A stretch of 64,000 bases of DNA, taken from IMG/VR virus record IMGVR_UViG_3300029268_000006, positions 1-64,000 of that record; one strand, written 5' to 3'. This document shows, piece after piece, positions 1 to 8,223 of the stretch. Under the pieces are notes generated by a model that was not told the DNA's origin, ran no database searches, and saw only the letters and a list, made by a program, of their open reading frames with translations. The DNA comes from a virus. Position numbers and translations under genes: made by a program. Position 1 is the first letter of the stretch. Each line of letters begins with the position of its first letter.

Positions 1-1
1 T

Positions 2-181
2 TCAGGAACTAGTGGGTCATCAAATACGTCAGGAACCAGTGGAAGTTCAGGAACTAGTGGGTCATCAAACACGTCAGGAACCAGTGGAAGTTCAGGAACT
101 AGTGGGTCATCAAAAACGTCAGGAACCAGTGGAAGTTCAGGAACCAGTGGGTCATCAAAAACGTCAGGAACCAGTGGAAAT
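2..181 (+). repeat. About 4 tandem 45-nt coding repeats (Ser/Gly/Thr linker)
   Basis: TCAGGAACTAGTGGGTCATCAAAnACGTCAGGAACCAGTGGAAGT repeated with few substitutions. Confidence 0.9.
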
Positions 182-1483
182 TCAGGGACCAGTGGAAGTT
201 CTGGTACAAATGGAACATCAGGAATTAGTGGAATTAATGGAACAACAAGTGGAACATCTGTTGAAGCATTGTGGAGTGGATCCACAACAGGAAATATATG
301 GAATTTAAACAATTTAAATGTTGGTATAGGAACAGCAGTACCACAGAATAAATTTCATGTTAAAGCTGATACTGGTGCAAATGCTTTAGTTCGTTTTGAA
401 GCATATCAATCAACACCAACTACATCATTTACATTTTATCACGCTAGGGGGACTATGGCATCACCACAATCAATGCTTAAAGATGATAGTATTGGTGGGT
501 TTGGATTTAGAGGATGTATAGATACTAGTGGAACATTTTCAAGTGGTGGTAGGGGTAATATAGTTTGTAAAGCATCTGAGGACTGGACAACATCAGCAAA
601 TGGAACATATTTTAGTTTTCACACAACATCTTCTGGGACAACTACAAATACTGAAAGAATGCGTTTAACAAGTGAAGGGATGTTAGGTATAGGTACAACA
701 AATGAAATAACAAATCCACTTACAGTATATGGACCAAGAGCTGGAGCCATTCCAAATATTCCGTTAAAATTTGTTAGAAATGTTACAACTACATCAGGAT
801 TAAATTCATCAATGATAGGTGTATCAAATACAAACGGTGATATGACGGATGGTTTTGGTGTGGGTTTATTGTTTGCCATAGAAGATAATCTTGGTGTTGA
901 AAATTATATTGCAAAATTGGGATTTTCACGTGATGGTGAGGATAATTCTGGTAAATATGAATTTCAAACATATAATAATGGAGTTAATACTACAAAAATG
1001 GTTATTAAAAAAAATGGATTAGTCGGTATAGGTACAACAGAACCAAGTCAATTATTAGTATTATCTGGTGGTACTATTCAAATTGCAAATGGAAATCAAG
1101 GAACAAATAAAATATTAACATCTAATTCCACTGGTACTGGTAATTGGTCTTCTGTTTTAGAAGATATAAAATTTGAATTTAGAGATGTTGATAATACACC
1201 ACAATCATACGTTTTAGATTTATATGCATATTATTCTTATAATGTATCTGGTATTACAGTTGAAGGTGATCAAGGGACATCCACTTTTAATATAGTAAAA
1301 TCTGGGACTAATATAATTGGTTTAACAAGTTTAACTGCAACATCTACACTGCAACATTTTTATTCAAGTACAGCAAAATCCACTTCTAATGTTAGTGTTG
1401 GTAATGAAATTGTATTGGATATAACAGGTGTATCTGGGACACCAAGAGTTATAAGAGGAAAATTAATGATTATTAGAACATAA
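2..1483 (+). CDS. Tail fibre-like virion protein, 5' end outside window
   Basis: The frame of ORF 269..1483 is open back to base 2 (SGTSGSSNTSGTSGS repeats). Repeated 'VGIGT' motifs are typical of phage tail-fibre beta-solenoid segments. Confidence 0.65.
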   Translation, partial: SGTSGSSNTSGTSGSSGTSGSSNTSGTSGSSGTSGSSKTSGTSGSSGTSGSSKTSGTSGNSGTSGSSGTNGTSGISGINGTTSGTSVEALWSGSTTGNIWNLNNLNVGIGTAVPQNKFHVKADTGANALVRFEAYQSTPTTSFTFYHARGTMASPQSMLKDDSIGGFGFRGCIDTSGTFSSGGRGNIVCKASEDWTTSANGTYFSFHTTSSGTTTNTERMRLTSEGMLGIGTTNEITNPLTVYGPRAGAIPNIPLKFVRNVTTTSGLNSSMIGVSNTNGDMTDGFGVGLLFAIEDNLGVENYIAKLGFSRDGEDNSGKYEFQTYNNGVNTTKMVIKKNGLVGIGTTEPSQLLVLSGGTIQIANGNQGTNKILTSNSTGTGNWSSVLEDIKFEFRDVDNTPQSYVLDLYAYYSYNVSGITVEGDQGTSTFNIVKSGTNIIGLTSLTATSTLQHFYSSTAKSTSNVSVGNEIVLDITGVSGTPRVIRGKLMIIRT

Positions 1484-3781
1484 TTATGATACTGTTGTTC
1501 CAGTTGTAGATTGAATAATATTTGTATTATAAAGATTATTTGAAGATGACCAACCAAAATCCAATTTCATTTGGAAAATAGCATCAATTCTTATATTTCT
1601 TTTTAATAATTCAATATCTTCAATTTTAACTCTTTGACAAACAAATACATTATTTTTATAATAAGAAATAATTCCAATTATACTTATTTCTTTTAATAGT
1701 GTATTTAATTGTGAATCACTTAAATTTGGTTTAGCATATATTACTAAATTTCTATAATAATCAAGTTGTCCTCTCGAATTTGGATTTATAACTGGTATAC
1801 CACTCGCGTCAAATTGTGGTGGTGGTGTGTTTTCTAAATTTGTACCACTACCAGAATTTGTATTATTACCTGTTTCACCACCCGTGTTTATTCCGGTGTT
1901 TATTATGTTAGTATTTCCAATTGCATTACTTGTTCCATTTACGGGTGTTCCTGTATTTATTCCATTTACGGGTGTTCCTGTATTTATTCCATTTACGGGT
2001 GTTCCTGTATTCGAAGTTGGTGTTCCAATTATTAATGGACCAGTATTATAAGTTGTGGTTGATCCGGTACTTGTAATTGGAAATAAATTATTATTTTTAC
2101 TAATATCTACAAATTTCATCGAATCAAAAATTTTAAATTTTCCACTATATAATAAAGTTTTTGTTTTATTTGAGTTTAGAATAATATAAAAATTATCAAA
2201 TTTATCTTTTGACATTTGTTTTAAAACTGGAACATCTTCTTGGTTAACTTTAAAAACAACAATTCCCAAATCAAATCTATTTTCATCTGTTTGATAATAA
2301 ATATCTTTTTCAATATATTTATTATCTGATTGAAAAACTAAATTTAGTTTTCCATTCATTATTATTTCACTTAAACTATAAGGTAAAATTGGACTATCGA
2401 TTGAATCTTGTTTTCCTATTTGAAATTTAATAACATTATCAAATGGTGTCAACACAATATTTAAAGTTCCCATTGATTTATAATCATTTTGATTATTAGT
2501 ATAATTACTTGCTAAAATTTTATAATTGTTAATTAGAATGGGGAAAGGTATTTTAACAATATTTTGATTATTTTGTATTTGATTTTGAATATTTGTATTT
2601 CCAAAATTCATTATTTTATCAGCTTTATAATTATATATTTTTGGTTTAGTAATAGTTGAAACATCTAATCTTGCTAATTTTTTACCATATTTTAGAAGAT
2701 TATTTGTTAAACCTATGGATGATAATCTACTAATAGAACTATTATCAATCAGATCAATAACTTTCATTTCAACATCAATTACGGCTGTTGTGTTTGAATA
2801 TTTAATTATGGGTCTATATTCTATTTTTTGAGAAAAATTTTCTGTTATCAAAAAAGTTGTTGGAAACCCACTAATCAAATTTTCTTCATATAGGGTAACA
2901 ACATATTCTATATTTATTTTTTTCCCTTTATTTTCCAATTCGTTTACGAAATTATCAAGATTTTCATTTGAATTATTATAAGTACCATAAATTTCAAAAA
3001 AATCCCAATCAGTAGATTCATTTATTGAAACACCCAATGATTGAAACTCTGGTTGTCTCGGTATTGATAATTTTGCAGTATCACCCAAATTAAAATAATC
3101 GGTTCCAAAAGTGTTAGTTTTTGATGTAACAAATGAGAATTCCAAAAATAATGGATTACTTAAACTTAATCCAATACCGTTTGTTAAATGATCATTTATC
3201 GAATCTGGTGTAACTTGATTTATATTTGTATTTATATCCCTTTGATTACTGATACTATTTATAGATGGGACATAAAATTGAATATATTTTCCCCATTCTT
3301 TTCCATTATAAAGAAAAGGTTGTCCTAAATTTATTATATATTCTGAATATTCATTAATACCATTTATAACTTGAATTCCGGTTTTGTCATAATAAAAATT
3401 ACTTAACCAAAATTTAGTTTTATTATAATAATCATAACTATAACAGGAAAAATAAAATCCAACATATGTATCAAAATTATAATTATTTGGAAAATACATA
3501 GTAACTTTATCATACATTACTGGTGAAGAAAAATAATTCTGAATTCTTAAAAAATTAAATTTTGTAGTATCAATTTTTGCATATTTTTTCAAAACCGGAT
3601 CAACAACAAACAAATTATGATTGATATCGTTATAATTAGTAGTACTTAAAAAATTTCTAGTTCCTCTAGAAATATCTGACCATACTTGATAATTTTCAGA
3701 TACATAATTAGAATTATATTCATATTCCAATAAAATATTTGGATTGATATTGATTAACTTTTTAGTTGGTGTTGCTGCCAT
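1484..3781 (-). CDS. Hypothetical protein (765 aa), probably structural
   Basis: Long ORF preceded by TAATATATA at 3804-3812. Contains NTGTPVNGI x3 repeats near the C-terminus. Confidence 0.75.
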   Translation of the reverse strand: MAATPTKKLININPNILLEYEYNSNYVSENYQVWSDISRGTRNFLSTTNYNDINHNLFVVDPVLKKYAKIDTTKFNFLRIQNYFSSPVMYDKVTMYFPNNYNFDTYVGFYFSCYSYDYYNKTKFWLSNFYYDKTGIQVINGINEYSEYIINLGQPFLYNGKEWGKYIQFYVPSINSISNQRDINTNINQVTPDSINDHLTNGIGLSLSNPLFLEFSFVTSKTNTFGTDYFNLGDTAKLSIPRQPEFQSLGVSINESTDWDFFEIYGTYNNSNENLDNFVNELENKGKKINIEYVVTLYEENLISGFPTTFLITENFSQKIEYRPIIKYSNTTAVIDVEMKVIDLIDNSSISRLSSIGLTNNLLKYGKKLARLDVSTITKPKIYNYKADKIMNFGNTNIQNQIQNNQNIVKIPFPILINNYKILASNYTNNQNDYKSMGTLNIVLTPFDNVIKFQIGKQDSIDSPILPYSLSEIIMNGKLNLVFQSDNKYIEKDIYYQTDENRFDLGIVVFKVNQEDVPVLKQMSKDKFDNFYIILNSNKTKTLLYSGKFKIFDSMKFVDISKNNNLFPITSTGSTTTYNTGPLIIGTPTSNTGTPVNGINTGTPVNGINTGTPVNGTSNAIGNTNIINTGINTGGETGNNTNSGSGTNLENTPPPQFDASGIPVINPNSRGQLDYYRNLVIYAKPNLSDSQLNTLLKEISIIGIISYYKNNVFVCQRVKIEDIELLKRNIRIDAIFQMKLDFGWSSSNNLYNTNIIQSTTGTTVS

Positions 3782-3917
3782 TACAGAATTATTTCTTTTT
3801 ATTTATATATTAAAAAAGTTAAGATGGAAATAAAAAGAAATAAATACTCAAATGTTTTTTTGAATTGAAAATTATATTATTTGGAAATGATATTTTATAG
3901 ATTTAAAAATGAAATGA

Positions 3918-4090
3918 AAAGTCAAACCAAAAACCAAATGAATGACCACTGTTATAGTGGCTTCAGGGTATTTTAACCCGTCTCTTTTAACGTTTCACAG
4001 ACAAGATGCTTCTTAGGTTTCACAGAGAAATGAAACGCATCCACAGAGCTAGCCTCCACGTTCAATAACCGATATTCCATCGGTCAGTAT
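3918..4090 (-). ncRNA. TnpB omegaRNA/reRNA-like scaffold plus putative guide (IS200/IS605 right end), no adjacent tnpB
   Basis: Near-copy of 57450-57608, including a 38-nt identical block (3985-4022 vs 57517-57554). Ends in hairpin CCACT-ATAAC-AGTGG followed by TTCA. Confidence 0.8.
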
Positions 4091-4211
4091 AATTTATATA
4101 TCGGGTTGGCACATCCTGTTATGGTAGGCTCCGAAAATTATTTTTACTTTATTGATTTTACCCGAACCAAGTTTTTAGTCCGGAACCAAATATCAAAGAA
4201 CAATATAAATC

Positions 4212-4220
4212 TATATATTA
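4212..4220 (-). promoter_or_regulatory. TAATATATA phage promoter-like motif upstream of the orphan omegaRNA
   Basis: The same nonamer lies just upstream of sheath, tube and other genes (e.g. 14718-14726, 23300-23395, 50401-50409). Confidence 0.6.
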
Positions 4221-4246
4221 ACTAATGAAAGTCCAAAAAATAAAAT

Positions 4247-4274
4247 AAAAAAGGGGAAACCACTCCCCTTTTTT
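4247..4274. terminator. Bidirectional rho-independent terminator
   Basis: AAAAAAGGGG-AAACCACT-CCCCTTTTTT. Confidence 0.8.
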
Positions 4275-4305
4275 GTCAAACTAAAACCAAAATAAAAACC
4301 AAATC

Positions 4306-4794
4306 TTATTTTTCATCTTCTATTATAATATTATTTTCTTCACGATATTTCAATTCATTTTCAAAAGATTCTTTGTATCTGTTCGAAATACTTTTTACAT
4401 TTTGTAATATGGCTTTAATATGTTCATTTGACATATTTTTTAAAAAAACCATTTTTAAAGGTTGATCCAAATTTTTTCCATATGTACCCCACAATATAAC
4501 TTCTCTTGGTTTAAAACCAAGATTTAACATTACATCCAAATCTTCGGTGTAATACCACATACCGGGAAAATTTGGAATTATTCCAGTATTTACTAAAAGT
4601 TGGGTGAATCTCCAATCAGGATTATCCAACCAAACTTTTTTTAATTCTTCATAAACATCATCCGAAATAATAATATTATTATATGTTAATTTTTCATCAA
4701 TTTCAGAAATATTTATTGATCTTTCTTTTAAAAGATCTAAATAAGGGATTATTCTTTCTACTGGTCTCATTTTATTGAATTTTATTGGATGCAT
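4306..4794 (-). CDS. Hypothetical protein
   Basis: ORF in a co-oriented run of small genes. Confidence 0.7.
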   Translation of the reverse strand: MHPIKFNKMRPVERIIPYLDLLKERSINISEIDEKLTYNNIIISDDVYEELKKVWLDNPDWRFTQLLVNTGIIPNFPGMWYYTEDLDVMLNLGFKPREVILWGTYGKNLDQPLKMVFLKNMSNEHIKAILQNVKSISNRYKESFENELKYREENNIIIEDEK

Positions 4795-4805
4795 ATTTGA
4801 AATTT

Positions 4806-5072
4806 TTATCTATAAGTTATTAATCCGATATATTTATATTGTAAAATACATTCCGGTGAAAACTCACAACTTATAAATTTGTGTTTTAAATCTTCGGTGG
4901 TTGTTGTAATTTCGTTTTTATTAACATATTGTACAATCATTTCATATTTTGGATTTGATTTAAGAAAAACTTTTTCTCCACACATAAAATTAGTTGGTGA
5001 ATGGTGTATTATTGTATATTGCCAATCAGATAATTGTAAATCACCTCGTTTGAAATTTTCTTCTTCCATCAC
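4806..5072 (-). CDS. Hypothetical protein
   Basis: ORF with tight spacing to its neighbours. Confidence 0.6.
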   Translation of the reverse strand: MMEEENFKRGDLQLSDWQYTIIHHSPTNFMCGEKVFLKSNPKYEMIVQYVNKNEITTTTEDLKHKFISCEFSPECILQYKYIGLITYR

Positions 5073-5198
5073 TTTGATTTTTTATTTTCAAGTAAATATA
5101 AATATGTTATTTTTGTTTTTATTTGGTATGGGTGAATATTTAAGTTAAAGAATTTATTTTTTTTTCGTATTTGTTGTGATTACCAGTAGAAAATATTA

Positions 5199-5474
5199 TC
5201 ATACTATAAATGAATCTTTTTCAATTTTACCATCTTTAAGTCTCATTCTAAATTCAACTTGTCTTTTAAAAGGTATTTCTTCGAATATTTCCCAACATTC
5301 GTCATAATAATTATAACACTTTCTTGTATTCACCCAATTTTCAATTATGTCGGTTACTATCCAATCAGTATATTTTTTGAAAAATATCTTCGAAAAAAAG
5401 TTCAAATTTCTTTTTTGAGATAATAAATCTTCTTTTTGTTTTGATAAAATATCGATGTATTTTTGTTCTATCAT
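5199..5474 (-). CDS. Hypothetical protein
   Basis: ORF in an operon-like run. Confidence 0.6.
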   Translation of the reverse strand: MIEQKYIDILSKQKEDLLSQKRNLNFFSKIFFKKYTDWIVTDIIENWVNTRKCYNYYDECWEIFEEIPFKRQVEFRMRLKDGKIEKDSFIV

Positions 5475-5478
5475 ATTT

Positions 5479-5685
5479 TTAAAATTTAATAGTCATATCT
5501 TCCACACTATTAATATCGATTTCATAATAACCATCTATATGTTTTCGATTAATTAGTGTACTTCTATTGTTGTTAAAACCAGCATCTTCTGGTACATAAA
5601 GTAAACAGTAATCTTCACTACGATCAGCACTACCCTGACAATAAGTTGTCACTCTGTATTTGAATAATTTATATACGAATTTCAT
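5479..5685 (-). CDS. Hypothetical protein
   Basis: ORF with ATGA overlap with the upstream gene. Confidence 0.6.
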   Translation of the reverse strand: MKFVYKLFKYRVTTYCQGSADRSEDYCLLYVPEDAGFNNNRSTLINRKHIDGYYEIDINSVEDMTIKF

Positions 5686-5951
5686 AATTTTGTTTTATTT
5701 TCATCATCTATAAATATAAATATATCTTTTGATAATCTAGCATGTATCCCATTATCAAGAAAAACAGTACCATATTGACCATATTGATCATTGATAACAT
5801 AATAACCCATATTACCATTTTTAATTTTTTCCGTAGAACCCTCAAAATTTGTTATCATTATTCTTTTCCTCATTTTGTAATGTGGAACATATTCTACTTC
5901 GAAAATTTCAAAACCATCAGGTGTAATATCACCAACTTTATAATCATTCAT
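5682..5951 (-). CDS. Hypothetical protein
   Basis: ORF starting 2 nt after the ligase 3' remnant stop. Confidence 0.65.
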   Translation of the reverse strand: MNDYKVGDITPDGFEIFEVEYVPHYKMRKRIMITNFEGSTEKIKNGNMGYYVINDQYGQYGTVFLDNGIHARLSKDIFIFIDDENKTKL

Positions 5952-5953
5952 AA

Positions 5954-5998
5954 TTAATTTTTCAAATAATTTTCCAATTGTTCAACAGTCCAAATAGT
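5954..5998 (-). pseudogene. Orphan copy of the DNA ligase 3' end (TIWTVEQLENYLKN*)
   Basis: Encodes the same 9 aa (TIWTVEQLE) as ligase 8235-8261, with synonymous codon differences. Confidence 0.8.
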
Positions 5999-6540
5999 TA
6001 AAAACCCCTGACAGCACGAATATAGTTGTAGACGTTCTTAGCGTAGTTGGTCTGATCCCCATTGGTGAAACCCTGGCCCCACGCGTCGTAGGAAGAGGTC
6101 TCCGAGGAACTCCAGTAGTAGTAGTAGGCAACGAAACCACCAACACCCGTTTTATGTAATAAATAAATTTTATTTAGTTCATCTTTTGTCGGTAATCTCC
6201 AATCGTCAAACCCACCACCTCTATAATCAGAACATAATTTATTAGCATTTTCCCAGTTGGTACAACCCAAATCAACATCTGACACAATTAATTTTTGTTC
6301 AATTAGTAACTTATTTGATTCGATATTTAAATTTAAAACATCGTTATCTATTATCCAATTATTATATAATTCATAATCTCGTAATATTTTATCTTCAAAG
6401 AAATCACAATTCCAAGATAAATCATATATAATTTCACCATTCTTATTTTCATAAACATCTTTTATAAATGGATAAGATGGCCACATTGAGTCATTAGACT
6501 TTTTTAATTTTAATTTTGTTCCGATTTCTAATTTTTTCAT
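5998..6540 (-). CDS. DUF1566/Lcl-type C-type-lectin-fold protein, DGR target
   Basis: WENANKLC..Y.GGGFDDWRLPTKDEL and YWSSSE...AW...F..G.......K.....IRAVR motifs. Confidence 0.85.
   Translation of the reverse strand: MKKLEIGTKLKLKKSNDSMWPSYPFIKDVYENKNGEIIYDLSWNCDFFEDKILRDYELYNNWIIDNDVLNLNIESNKLLIEQKLIVSDVDLGCTNWENANKLCSDYRGGGFDDWRLPTKDELNKIYLLHKTGVGGFVAYYYYWSSSETSSYDAWGQGFTNGDQTNYAKNVYNYIRAVRGF
6001..6150 (-). other. DGR variable region (VR)
   Basis: About 52% GC by my count (78/150) in a very AT-rich genome. 22 of 50 codons end in C and none in A, as expected for codons derived from template AAC codons. Confidence 0.8.
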
Positions 6541-6594
6541 TTTTTAATTTTAATTTTAAATATAATAATTTTATTTGTTTAAAAAAAATTTATT

Positions 6595-6780
6595 TTAAAA
6601 ATCTTTTTCGATATTTAATCCTTTTTTTTCCATATCATCTCTTATCAATTTTTCAATATATTTTGATCTATTGTTAATATCTTCATTTTTGATGTGTTCA
6701 TCAAAAATCTTTAATAATTTATCAGTAATGGAAAATGAAAATTTTCTTTTCTTTTTTTCTTCTGGTTTCTTTTTATTCAT
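6595..6780 (-). CDS. Ribbon-helix-helix (CopG-like) DNA-binding protein
   Basis: KFSFSITDKLLKIFDE...NRSKYIEKLIRDDM pattern. Confidence 0.7.
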   Translation of the reverse strand: MNKKKPEEKKKRKFSFSITDKLLKIFDEHIKNEDINNRSKYIEKLIRDDMEKKGLNIEKDF

Positions 6781-6853
6781 AAAATTTTATTACTAATTTA
6801 TCACTTTTTGACCTTTATACTTTAATATATACTAAAAAAGAATAATAGTTTAT

Positions 6854-7012
6854 ATGAAAAGAAAAAAAGAAAAAGTGGTTGTTTCCATTTCAATTGATAA
6901 AAAACTTTGTTTATACATGGATGAATTGTTTTCTAATAAATCAAAATATCTCGAATGGTTAATATACGAAGATTTATCGAAAATAAAAAATTTAGAAAAA
7001 ATAATTATTTAA
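6854..7012 (+). CDS. Second RHH protein (52 aa, below ORF-track cutoff)
   Basis: Manual translation: MKRKKEKVVVSISIDKKLCLYMDELFSNKSKYLEWLIYEDLSKIKNLEKIII. Confidence 0.65.
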   Translation: MKRKKEKVVVSISIDKKLCLYMDELFSNKSKYLEWLIYEDLSKIKNLEKIII

Positions 7013-7014
7013 AT

Positions 7015-8223
7015 ATGAAAAAGAGAAAACAAAGAGGTTATTGGACGTATGAAAGATGTAAAGATGTGGCTTTAGAATGTAAGACTAAAAAGGAATTATC
7101 TGATAAATATATAAGTGTTATTGAAGTAATTCGTAAAAATAAATGGTTTGAATTAATATTACATTTTAATGAAGTACAAAAACCAAAAGGTTATTGGACA
7201 TATGATAAATGTAAAGAATCGGCACTTGAATGTAAAACTAAAATTGAAATGATTAAAAAGTATATTAGTGCTTATAACATTATTCGTAAAAATAAATGGT
7301 TTGAATTAATAGAACATTTTATAGAATTACGAAAATCCAAAGGTTATTGGACATATGATAAATGTAAAGATGTTGCTTTGAAATGTAAAAATAATAAAGA
7401 ATTAAGAAATTTTGATAGTGTATTTAATTCAATTCGTAGAAATAAATGGTTTGATTTGACATATCATTTTATCGAATTACAGAAACATCATGGTTACTGG
7501 ACATATGAAAAATGTAAAATGGAATCTTTAAAATTTAATAGTAGAATTGAAATGCGTGAAAATACATCTGCTTATTATGCAATTTGTAAAAATAAATGGT
7601 TTGATTTGTTTGAACACATGGTAAATAATTCTAATACTAGAAAAAGACTTATATATGTTTATGAATTTAGTGATAACTGTTGTTATGTTGGTTTAACAGG
7701 GAATATAAAAGTGAGAAATAATAGACATTTAAAAATAGAAAAAACAAGACCAATATTTAAACATATGTCCAAAACAAATTTAATTCCCAATCTTAATATA
7801 AAGACGGATTATTTACCAATTGAAGATGCTAAAAAATTAGAAAATGATTTTATTAATATGTATCGAAAAAACGGATGGATTGTTTTAAATAAAATAAAAG
7901 GCGGGACATTAGGTGGTAATATAGTAAAATGGAATAAAGAATCTTGTGAAAAAGATGTTAAAAAATATAATAAATTGTCAACTTTTAGAAAAAATTCTCA
8001 AAGTTCTTATTATTCTATATTAAAAAATGGTTGGTTTGATGAAATTTGTAGTCATTTAAAAAGATCTAAAGTTAAGAATGGATATTGGAATAATAAAGAA
8101 TTATGTAAGTTTGAATCTGAAAAATATAAAAATAAAACGACTTTTTTTAAAAAATGTGGATCGGCTTATGAACATTCTAGAAAAAATGGTTGGTTAAATG
8201 AATTTTTTCCAAAAAATTATTAA
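7015..8223 (+). CDS. GIY-YIG homing endonuclease with tandem GYWTYEKC repeats
   Basis: LIYVYEF...CYVGLT...R..RH motif and repeated ~43-aa modules. ATG 7015 directly follows the RHH stop (track start 6955). Confidence 0.8.
   Translation: MKKRKQRGYWTYERCKDVALECKTKKELSDKYISVIEVIRKNKWFELILHFNEVQKPKGYWTYDKCKESALECKTKIEMIKKYISAYNIIRKNKWFELIEHFIELRKSKGYWTYDKCKDVALKCKNNKELRNFDSVFNSIRRNKWFDLTYHFIELQKHHGYWTYEKCKMESLKFNSRIEMRENTSAYYAICKNKWFDLFEHMVNNSNTRKRLIYVYEFSDNCCYVGLTGNIKVRNNRHLKIEKTRPIFKHMSKTNLIPNLNIKTDYLPIEDAKKLENDFINMYRKNGWIVLNKIKGGTLGGNIVKWNKESCEKDVKKYNKLSTFRKNSQSSYYSILKNGWFDEICSHLKRSKVKNGYWNNKELCKFESEKYKNKTTFFKKCGSAYEHSRKNGWLNEFFPKNY

Noticed and set aside
12-308. 98-aa repeat ORF in the track
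   Set aside because: Out-of-frame shadow of the SGT repeat; the real frame continues into 269..1483.
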